This document shows, one piece after another, positions 11,696 through 23,260 of a DNA stretch of 64,000 bases. The notes below the pieces were generated by a model. That model made no database searches and was not told the DNA's origin. It was given only the letters and a program-made list of their open reading frames with translations. Positions within the stretch are counted from its first letter, which is position 1. The number at the start of each line of letters is the position of its first letter. Source of the DNA: Gordius albopunctatus (taxonomy: Eukaryota); assembly GCA_964276515.1 (NCBI GenBank), contig OZ193909.1, positions 11,160,001 to 11,224,000 on the forward strand. Direction: 5' to 3'. A program made the position numbers and the translations under genes.

Positions 11696-14600
11696 ATGCT
11701 TAACATTTCTGATTTTCCAGAACAACTATCGCAAAGCACTACCGAAGAAAAGGTTATAAATTTATTCTAAGCTATAATTTATTAGGTTATATATTTGATC
11801 AATCATGCTGCATTGTTGAGCGATGAACCTCCAAAACTTGTCGCCCTAAAACAAGTGATAAATTTATAAATAGATTTCTACACACATTAATGATTATGCT
11901 TCAATTATATATGTGCATTTATTCTATATAAATAAGGTACAAGAATTGATTGTGCACAAAGAACCTCAATTATTAGATAGATATGTCAATGTAATTAATT
12001 AATATAAATTATTTACAGCTATTTTAGGAAATTTTGGCATTTTTAAATGATAGATCACTAGCTGTAAAAAAAGCTGTTCTAGATTTTATTGAAGAAATAT
12101 GGTATTCAATTAATTCTTATATTTAAACTTATTGAAGTAGAAAAAATCCAGAAAATTTGTCAAAAGTATTGGGCCATATTAATATTATATTAAGGGATAG
12201 CAATGCAATATTGCAGAAAAGAGTAATTCAAATATCAACAACCTTTTACAAAATGTTTTTGGAGGTAAGTATCTTAATAAATAGTTAAAAGATATTAATA
12301 CTAACCATATATTAAAATTTGTATAGCCTAAATATATTTTAATATTTAGTGGATTACAAAATCCAATAAAATTTACATCTCAGACATGACTCATCAAATA
12401 TGGATTTTTATGAAGAATATTAAGAGCTTTATACTTAACTTGCAAGAATCAGAAAATGATGGTATAAGAACACAAGTTATAAAATTTATGGAAATGATAG
12501 TTCTTTGTCAAAGCTGTAAATCTGCTGTAAACTTGATTTTTCTTTGTAAACCTTTAATAAATTTTAGGATTCCTACCATGCTAAAATGACATCATTTTCC
12601 TTAGATGATATACCAGAAAGACATAAATTTTTAAGATATTTGCAATTAGAAGAAGAAAGCAAACAAATATTTTCTAACATGATTTCCCTTTGTGGTTCTA
12701 ACACAATATCTCATTCTAACCTTAATACGTTACTTGGTTCCTTGACAGATATTGCTTTGCAAAGGCCTCAATATATGGCAAAGGTGATATCATCATTTGA
12801 GTCTCTATATAGTAAGCAAAATATTTATGTATCTAATATTTACAAATATATGATGCTTTATGAAGAATATCTTAGGGATAATAATTTGGATTAATAAAAC
12901 ATAAATTATTTACTAATTATAAAATATCATGTCATTCAATTTACTCATCATATTATTTTTTATACTTTCTAATAAGCAGTCAGAGACTCCAAATGATATT
13001 TTTCCAATTATTTTTCTTTATCTTTGCGACAGCAATCATACAACATTATATTTTGAAGGAAAAGTGTAACCATTTTTTTTGATAATATTCCTCATCTAAT
13101 TGCTATAAATTTAACATAGCTAAGTTACATTTATAGACTCGATAGACTGCTCATCAACTTTAATTAAGTGTACCATTTAGCACCATTTTGGAATGTGCAT
13201 AAATAAGGGAAGGATATATAGATTATAGTAATTTTGGTTAATTAAAGTGTTTTTAAAACGTAACTAGTTAAATATTATAAACAGTTTCATGATTCATAAA
13301 AAAATAAAATTGTGATTATGTGATGCTAAGCAATCAAGTGACATCTGCATTTTTTAAAATAATAATATATTAACATTCTTTTTTATTTATTTACTAATGA
13401 GGAAGTTAATTACATTTTTTATCTTTTAACAATGGGGTACACTGCAGAAAGACATACGGGGATACTTAAATTCAAGATAGTCTATTTAATGGTACACATT
13501 TTACCATATGAAACATATGACATGAGCAGTTTGTGTAGTCAATAGTTAATTATAGTATTATTGTATTTCTGTTAGTATGTTTAAAGAATAAAAAATTTAG
13601 CAGTTAAAATAAGGTGTATATTGTTAATTGTAGGCATTAATTTTTGTGCAACCATTTTTAGACAACATTCCACCCACCTTAGCCAAGTCTCAAGTTAGTT
13701 CTATCAAGAAGGGGCTAAAAAATAGACTTTTAAGTCTGATAAAGCATCCCTCTTCCGTAGAGCACCAAAATCGGATGATAACTATATTAATGGAGATGGG
13801 AGTTCAACAACACGAAATTACGAAGCTGCTGCCAAAAGTTTCTAAATTGAATCATGCACTTACGGATACTACCAAAAAAGGGCGACTACAAAGGAAACAA
13901 GATCAAGCACAAATAACGGTGCCACAAGATTCTACAAAAGTAAGAAGATAAGTTGCATGTATATGTAGTGGTCAGAGCCCTGCAAAATCTATTTTTCTAT
14001 GCTCCAGATCGGGCTCGAAATTTTAAATTAAAAAATTAGGGTCGCGGCCGCGATTTCAAAGCCACTGATAATAATTAAAGCCAGGGGTCCTGCACTGATC
14101 CCGCCGGGTCGGGCCTCGGGCCGTCCATGCAGGTTTTTAGTAGTGATAGAGCCTTGCAACATTGCCTGTAGTGGCTCAAACTCTATTTTGAAGCGAATCA
14201 CTCTATAAATTATCAAATGCGTGTGGTTGTTCTTCTAAGTACGAACTAAATGTTCTTTTTAGAATAAGTCCTTAATGGAAAAATTATGAGAACGTTTGAA
14301 TACTTTATAATATTAATTTTGGGGTGGTAATTTGGCATTTAATAATATTTTAATTGGGTAGAAGGTGTGCTGCTGCTTACAAAAGTTTTTAATAGTTTTG
14401 TGATGTAAAAAGATTGGTATGTGTCATATATTAATAATTACAACTAGCATTAAGTTAATGATAGATCGCTTTTATGAAGATGCTAAAATGAGCGTCCTGC
14501 ATCTCCACATGGTTTTTAACTAAAATAAGATAGGTAAAAATATCTCGGTTAGGCTGGGCAGCTAGGTGAAAAAATAATTAAAATTTGCATTATCACCAAA

Positions 14601-17600
14601 CTTTGATTTAAGGGTTATTTATTTATTTTAAAGGGATTTTAGTAAAATTACCTTGACGTCAAATGAAAAAGGTACCTCTTTATTATTAGCAGAGAAAGAT
14701 TTGCAAACCTTTTTTACTATAATAAAATGGCAAATTTGTCTTTTATCATATTTAAAGTTAATTATTAATAAGCACATTAGAGGTGTGCACGGATCAATCC
14801 GATCCGACATACGATCAAAATTTTAATTTTGGAAGTCGGATCGAATTGGACCAACATTTTATTTTAGTCGGATCAGATCGGATTTTCAAATTTAAAATAA
14901 AAATAATAAGTTCTAATTAATTAAATTAATAATTTTTAGTATACCTTTTCATAATTATCTTTGCATCGTTTTTTTACTTTACCATTTTTGATGCCCAATA
15001 CCACCTTACTTACCCTAACATATGTATCAGTATTTCCTTAGCGTTTTTCCCTAGCCAGACTTTCTTGTTTGGCGACAAAGGAGCTAGTGTCAATGATAAA
15101 TCAGCATCTCCCCTTTCCTTTTTACCACACGCATCTCTTTCTATCTCAACTCCGAAAATCATCAATCACAACAGTCTCCCCTTTCCTTAAAGCACACGCG
15201 TACCTCCTTTCTATTGTTTATCATATTAAAAACCGTCATGGAAGTAATAATAAAAAAAATTTGAAAGAGTTAATTTGACCTTCTAAATAAATGAAAATGA
15301 TACATACACCGGTTATGTTATATGCAAGAAATGCCATCATATATACACATATAATTCCATTCGAGGTAGTTCCCATCTTTTGCATCATAAATGTATTCCA
15401 AAAACTTAAGCTAAAAATACAATCGACAAATTTGTTACCAAACCCCTCGCTGAAATCCTAAAATTAAAAATTTTTTTTGAAAAGCATCTAATTTATTTTA
15501 TTTCAAAAGATATTCGACCGTTTTCAATCGTTAACGAGATTCTTTATTATTTTTATATGATAATATGGAATTAGTCAAATAAAATTTTATATTTATTTCA
15601 GGTCTATTAAAATTGCCATACCTTAATTTTATGTATTTTGAATTTAATCATCAATAAAAAGTTATGTTCGTAAAATTTTAATTTAAAAGTTTCGGATCGG
15701 ATCGAATTTAGATTTTAAAAAACTCGGATCGGATGGATATAAAATTTTCCAAAAACCCCTCGGATAGGATCAAAAAAATTTGATCCATGCACACCTCTAA
15801 AGCACATATGTATACTGTTCCAACTATGTTCTATCTAGATATCTATCTATTTAAACATGCCTAAAATGACCTTACCTAATTTAAAACTTTACATATTTTA
15901 AATTAACATGACTTTTATTTGCATGCTTAGAAGCCTAAAAAGGCAAGAGGGCTCTGTTGTGATCTCGATGATAAGTAGAGAATTAATATCTATTTATTAG
16001 GTTGGTCTTGGCCTTAAATCTGAACCTGGTGCAGAATTCGAGCGAATGCAAGAGGAGTTGTATCAAATGCTCAACCCTGAAAATGTTACACAACTAGTCA
16101 TGCGTTTTATGGTAAATGAACTTTGATTGTGAAGAAATAAAGATATACATTATTGTATGCTTATACCTTAGCCCAATCTGCCAGACGTAATTCCTCATCA
16201 TTTTATCAACCATTACCAACCTATCACACAAGCCGGTTCTCGTTCACACATTATGAAGCTGGCTGATATTTTAGCTCGGAAAGCTATCGATCCCGTCATA
16301 GACAATGAAAACATCGGGGTACCCTTTTTTACCAAACATGTCTTATATTTCAAGGAATAAATATAATAATTTAACTTTGGAAATCGGTGGAAAAATTTGT
16401 TGATAATTAGATTTGATGGGTTGATTAACTGTTAGCTAGCTTATCAATTGTTTATAAGCATTTTTAAAGGTAACACAACTCTAATTTATTTTTTATTTTT
16501 GGGGATGAACTATACTTGCCTTCTATATCTTTAAAATGGCTCAATTTATGATATTAAGCCAAAGAAATATTAATCGCCTACTTGAAACCTAATTAACCCC
16601 AAAAACGTTCAACATCGATTAGTAAATGCTCTCAACAAATTTTTCGTACTGGGTGACGTAATGAAAAAATCAAATGTGTGCGTTCATGTACAAAAATATA
16701 ATTTATAACACTATAGCCCTGTAAGCTTTTTGCAAAGTTATTTACAGAATTAACAGAACTCATAACTTCACAAACAAACTCTTTTTTTTATTGTTTAACA
16801 ATAACAATTTTACATTTTTTGATAACCTGTGATGTGGTTTCAACCCTTATAATGGCCTAATGAAATGTTTACAACCATTCTTGTAGAATTTGATTAAATT
16901 TCTGTATTATAACATAAACCTATATGAATATGTTATTAAAAATTTAAACGGCATTCAAATAATTTATTCTTATAGAAATACCTAATATTTGTCCAAATTA
17001 TGCAGAGAACGGTTGAACTGGGGATCGATACCACAAAACGGGAACAAGCTACGAAATGGAAAAACGAAAAAGATATCGCACAAACAAGTTAGCAGGAATT
17101 AGGATTGATTTTCAAATATTCTTAATATTTTGTAATTCAATTAAATATATTGAACTAAGCATTCTTGTTAATATACTTTAAAAAGATCATTGTTTCCCAA
17201 CCTTCGATTAGATCAGCAAATTTCCACTGCGCCAGCAAAATCTTCCTTACCATTTTCGCACTTGCTGAAGAAAGCTTTTTTGGCGCAAAAAACACCGCAC
17301 ACGTACGATTTAATACAAAGATCCGTGAAACTCAGGGACATTTTGGGTAAAATAGAAGCTTCCCGCGAAAAGGATGAGAGCTTGATGGAGCCTCTAATGG
17401 GAAATTTCAATAAATTAGAACATTGCCGCGACGCTATTATGAGAATATTAGAACTTGATTCTTGGTTGCCTTCGGGGCAAAATTCTGCCAACGCCAACAA
17501 TAATTTAAATGACCCGTTTTTAAATGACCCCCATTCTAAACAAAGCAATCAAAAGGAGCGTATATCTATCGTAACGAAATTAGCTAACACGCAAATAAGC

Positions 17601-20600
17601 GGCCCCCAGAATGGCAAATTAGAAGGTTCCAACAAGAATGTGTACGGAGAATGTCTTAGAGAGGGTAATCAACACACATTTTTGTGTGTAACACCAAGAA
17701 AGTTCTGCAAAAAAAGCAATTTCGCACTACACTCAAAAACTCATTTTAAAATTCCCTATTTTTATTCGATTTTAAGCTATAGATTGAGTCGCAAAATATT
17801 TTTTGATTATTTTAACAAAATGTAGCTAACTTTTTGATTTAGGTTTGACTTGTTTTTTCAAGCCTTTGACTAAACTCTCTTCATTTTGTTATTTTGTTAC
17901 AGTCATCGTCGATTATCTCTTGGAAGACTTGAAAGGTCAATACGATTTGGCTATCGCCCTTTTGTACGAAGAATACGCGCAGTTCGTTAGCCCCGGTGGT
18001 CATGGTCATAAACGGGAGGGTGGTTATAATAAATTTATCTCTCTCCTAATTGAAACCGTCATCGAAAAGAGCGACTGCAAAGAGGAGTAAATATATTATC
18101 TCGTGACTAGTTATGATAAAAATGCGCCATTCCCCTTAGGTTATTACCGCGGTTACTCATTGAAGCGCCTTTGATAACTTTGGACGCCATCGATATCCTG
18201 AGAAGTTATTGTGCCAAAGGGAATGATACCGAATTTTATTTCAACACCGTTTTGCGGTTAGCCGATCTAAGGCCCAAAATGCGGGACACATTATTCACGC
18301 GCTTGATCTTAGATTTTGTGTCTCATCCAACGAACCAGGAAATCCGTAAAAACACCATTTCCATCATCTACGACGTGTACGAAACCAAAGATTATAGCTC
18401 AATCATCGATGTAAACTTGACGATTGTGTCGTATTTTATTTTTAGTTGCATTCCTCATTTTTTCACAAATGTTCGATTTTAATTGTAAGTGTTGTCTGAT
18501 AATTGACATTTTCATAATCGCTATCATCCAAATCTTTACCGGCCGCAGTTATCTAAAACACGCGTTAAATTTGAGGCTATGATCGTAACAACAAAATTAG
18601 ATAAGTTAAAGTTTAACGAATTAGCGCTTTTTTGTTTGAACTTAATACCAAATTTACGATTGCCTATGATTTTTAAATAGCCTTAATTTACTTATTAAGA
18701 TCGTTTGTGATTGCGGACCAAATTGTCACGTGTATTGCCCGATTATTAAGTATTTTCGCTATTACAGCTTATCAGTATGCCATTGTTATTTTCTAATTTC
18801 TCTTAGATTTGGAATATTATATATAACAACCAAATTAAAAAAAACGTCGCATCATAAATTTGGTAACGTATTAATTTAAATATTTATTTAATGAATGTAT
18901 ATCAGAATCACGCCATAAAGCAGTTGGGTTATCTCACACTTAAATCTCCACCCGAAGATATATGCAACAATTTACAATTAATGAAAACTGGGATCGTTTC
19001 CGCGCCCGAGACTGCTGATGTACAATGGACGGAAGAAAGTATAAAAATTTGCCTCCACCTCTTCCTCTCCATACTGCCCATCAACCATAAATTGATTCAA
19101 AATCTCTTCAACATTTACATCGAAGCCTCTCCTGAAATTAAACGTGTCATTTTGCGATCCATAGAAGTGCCAGTAAGTAATATAACAGTGCCGAAGAATA
19201 TTTCTACAAAATTTAATTTAATAAACCATTTTTAATTGTGGTGGCCAGAGTATAAATCTGTGATAGTTAAACTTTCACCCCTAATTTTGTAAAACTTTTA
19301 AATAAAGTTTTTATAACGTCTGATCGATAACATAAGGAAGTAGTGTCGATTCTCTTTATAGAATAAATTAGAGTTAATTTTAAAAGCATACGCTAAATTC
19401 TGGAGTTGCTAAAGACAAATTATAAGCATTAATTCTGAAATGCCTTTTTACATTTTATCTTTTAGATACGAACGATGGGGGTCGATTCGGTAGAACTCAT
19501 CGGCGCGATTAAAAAGTGTCCGAAAGGAGCCGAAACACTCGTCACTCGCGTAGTGCACATATTAACAGGGCGCGGAGGCAGCAAGCCAAACTCCTCTCTG
19601 GTCAGGGTAGTGCGCTGGCTTTACGAATCGGGTCGAGTACCCGACGTGCGTCTCCTAATCCCCGTCATACACGGGTTGTCGCGAGACGAAATCCTAACTC
19701 TCCTACCCAAATTCATAGGCCTCAATAGCGTGCCCTTAATTAAAGAAGTTTTAACGCGCGTTATTACCATCCCCGACGACCGAGATCGTAGTATACTCAC
19801 TCCCTCCGAGCTTTTGGTCGCCTTTCACATGATACCTATTAGCCCAGCGTCCACCTTAATACAACAACCACAACAAAATTCAAAGCAACCCACTCCCGTA
19901 GCTGTTGTGGCGTCGACTAGTGCCGATGATAAGACCTTAAGCGGCAGCAGCGTTCCTGGACAGGGCTTCGTAGATGAAGGAAGTTACGCAGATTCTTCAT
20001 TGGAAGGTTAAGTTATGATTTTGGCCAGGACGAGGCATACTATTATTTTGTGTTTATTATTATGCTTAATAATATTATCATTGCTTCCATTTATCAGCAC
20101 GGGTCTCTAAGAATATTGTTTGCTAAAAAAGTATTAGGTATTTTTTTATTCCACTTTTTCCCTTCCCCAAACCAAAAATATAATTGGGAATAAGGCTGTG
20201 AAAAGAAACAACCCATTAATAATTGCCCCTATAGTTTGAGAACTGTTAATAGTGTAAAAAACTTATCAAAGCATATCTAGACAAATTTAAAATATTTTTG
20301 TTTGATACTTTTATGCAATTTTTACAGTTTTTTTAAATTTTTTTTTGTCACTTTAAATGTTTTGCTAAATTTCGATTGCTGGCTGATTTAACCTTGAATT
20401 TTCATTGAATGCATGCTATGTTCTTTATAGTTAAAGTAGAAAGTGTTGAAGATGGGACTTGTGATATGCGTGTATTAATACGGGCGATCGGGATTTGTTT
20501 TGCCAACAAACGCGTATTCAGTCCCGAAGTTCTGGCCATTACTATTGAATCCTTGGTGGAAGTTCAGCCTTTACCCGTTTTGTTTATGAGATTAGTTATT

Positions 20601-21037
20601 CAGTCCATCGTTCAATACCACCCTCAGCTTATCGATTTCATCATCAAAATACTGTACGAATTGATCAAACACGAGGTACCGATGCATGGTTGTTTTATCA
20701 TTAATTTCTTAATCGCCCCTCAAGATTTGGACGCAGAAGCAGGCCTGGATTGGGTTTATTAAATGCTGCGAAAAATGTGTGCCCAAGTCATTTCCTGTAC
20801 TATTGAGTCTTCCTCCGCAACAATTGAAAGACGTTTTAGATCTAAAACCGGAATTGAAACAGTCACTTATAAATCACTGGCAAAGCACTGATAAAAATCA
20901 AGTAGATACTTTATGATTGATATTGATTATTTTTTAAGAAGGCATCATTTTCAGAAGAAATTATTAATGCAATGGATTCTTTGGTCCAACCAAGTATAGA
21001 AGACGCTGAAATGCCTGACAATCAAGACATAATATAA
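11696..21037 (+). CDS. SYMPK: Symplekin (cleavage/polyadenylation scaffold), about 19 exons
   Basis: Exons: 11696-11752, 11786-11854, 11937-11990, 12028-12101, 12138-12264, 12350-12526, 12568-12811, 13662-13939, 16001-16111, 16172-16318, 16976 (or 17006)-17087, 17212-17664, 17903-18086, 18140-18410, 18906-19172, 19466-20006, 20431-20675, 20725-20901, 20939-21037. Motifs: VQELIVHKEPQLL, ENDGIRTQVIKFME, NIPPTLAKSQVSS, IEAPLIT, CPKGAETLVTRVVHIL, PLPVLFMRLVIQS, WIGFIKCC. Confidence 0.92.
13973..14139. mobile_element. Small hAT-type MITE in a Symplekin intron
   Basis: Ends cagagccctgca / tgcaggttttta (degenerate TIR); flanks gtagtggt / gtagtgat (8-bp TSD, 1 mismatch). Related tagagccctgc ends occur at ~9723 and ~36532. 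Confidence 0.65.
14778..15799 (+). mobile_element. hAT deletion derivative (copy 1) in a Symplekin intron
   Basis: TIRs TAGAGGTGTGCA / TGCACACCTCTA, perfect TSD AAGCACAT, subterminal GGATC repeats and a BED-finger remnant. Confidence 0.93.
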
Positions 21038-21196
21038 TCCTTTATAACTGTGTAGTTAAAAATTAATAGTTATCTTATTATAATACATTTTAAAATTTGT
21101 TATATTGTGTTAATTAATGGGTGAATGTTTCAAACAAATATATATTTTCTCTAAACCGGAGAAAAGGTGCTGCTTTTAATTTTGATAAGCGCATAT

Positions 21197-22432
21197 TAGA
21201 GGTGTGCACGGATCAATCCGATCCGAGTTCGGATCGGATAAACATTTTATTTTAGTCGGATCGGATTTTCAAATTTAAAATAAAAATAATAAGTTCTGAT
21301 TAATTAAATTAATAATTTTTAGTATACCTTTTCATAATTATCTTTGCATTGTTTTTTTACTTTACCATTTTTGATGCCCAATACCACCTCTCACCTTACT
21401 TACCCTAACATATTTATCAGTATTTCCCTAGCCAGACTTTCTTGTTTGGCGAGAAAGGAGCTAGTGTCAATGATAAATCGCATCTCCCGTTTCCTTTTTA
21501 GCACACGCATCTCTTTCTATCTCAACTCAACTCCGAAAATCATCAATCACAATCTCCCCTTTCCTTAAAGCACGCGCGTAGATCCTTTCCCTCTTGATTC
21601 CGGGTAATCATGAATGATGTACAATAGCTTGCCTTCTTAGAAGCAATTTCCATGGTGCAGGGGTATTGTCGTTGACGAGATGGTGTGAGTCATGCTGACT
21701 TGAGGGAAAAAATAATGAGGGAGGTGTTGAAAATAATCATTGGGATTCGTAACAGTTAACAAATACAACAATATTGTTTATCATATTAAAAACCGTCATG
21801 GAAGAAATAATAAAAAAATTTAAAAGAAATATGCTTCAACAAGTTAAAAAAGAAGACGGAAAAAGTCAAATTTGGAGTTACTTTGACCTTCTAAATGAAA
21901 ATGATACATACACCGGTTATGTTATCTGCAAGAAATGCCATTATATCTACACATATAATTCCATTCGAGGTAGTTCCCATCTTTTGCATCATAAATGTAT
22001 TCCAAAAACTTCAGCTAAAAATACAATTGACAAATTTGTTACCAAACCTCTCTCTGAGGTGGGTTTCATATCAAACAGTCCTGCCAAGCCTTTATAAGCT
22101 GGCAAATAAAGTTTTAGCTATACCTGCTACCACTTCGGAAAGAAATTTCTTGGTGGCCGGAAGAACATTAGAAGAAAGAAGAACGCGAATTAAACCAGAA
22201 AATTTAGTTTCTTTATTATTTTTATATGATAATATGGAATTATTCAAATAAATTTTATATTTATTTCAGGTCTATTAAAATTGCTATACCTTATTTTTAT
22301 GTATTTTGAATTTTATCATCAAAAAAAGTTCTGTTCGTAAAATTTTAATTAAAAAACTCGGATCGGATGGATATAAAATTTTTCAAAAACCCCTCGGATC
22401 GGATCAAAAAAATTGATCCGTGCACACCTCTA
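21197..22432 (+). mobile_element. hAT deletion derivative (copy 2), BED finger plus dimerisation-domain remnants
   Basis: Same TIRs, perfect TSD GCGCATAT. ORF 21774 gives IWSYF..VICKKC..SSHLLHHKC; ORF 21895 gives LYKLANKVLAIPATTSERNF..LEERRTRIKPENL. Confidence 0.94.
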
Positions 22433-22750
22433 GCGCATATACCTAGCTTGCCTTTCATTTCAACCCCTATAATTTTGATGAAACAAAAATATATATTTCA
22501 ATATCCTATGATAATGTTCTTATATTTAATTTTAAAATTGTAACACTCATATATATTCATGATAATTAAAAAGTGAATTTGGAACATAAAGTAATAATCT
22601 GATTATTAAAATAGTTTAAATTTCACTCACAGATATTAAGACACGATAACTAAAACTTTTAACCAACATAAATGGCACAAACTTTCCTTTTCAGCCAAGT
22701 TATTAAACACAACTCAGCTATTCATCGCCTGCACATAATTTATCATAATT

Positions 22751-22993
22751 CAGGCGCGTAGCCAGGATTTTCTCAAGTGGGAAGAAAAATGCAAAAAAAA
22801 TTTCGACACTTTTATTTATAATGTAACAAAAGTAAACTTCTCTTACAATATATGCGAAACTTCAAGACGCTATATAACCAGCTTTGGAAAGATCTCCTCT
22901 TTTCATTAATCAGAGCATTTACTATCGATTTTATAGCTTAAAAAAAGACATGGATGGACCTTCAAAAAAATTTCAAATTTTGGTCAAGGGGGC
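22751..22993. mobile_element. Truncated copy of the 10553-11561 hAT family
   Basis: Starts caggcgcgtagccaggattttctcaag and ends aaattttggtcaagggg; the outer right TIR is missing. Confidence 0.75.
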
Positions 22994-23260
22994 AAAAAAT
23001 TCCCGCTTTCTGATTTAAGATTTTCTTTTTACAATTCATTTGCTCATAGTCCAATATTACCTTTTTTCCACAAGCCACTTAAAAGTCTCACTTTCATTTA
23101 ATTGCTGTTTTTGCTTTCATCATTCTTTTATATTAATGAATATTTTTTGGTAAATTGTTATAAATCCAACCTTTCACTTGGCGAAGGGTTTCGACTTATT
23201 ATCTTGGGCTCTAGGCGCTCTACACTTGCTATTCATAAAGGAGTTTAAAAGTGTGTATCT

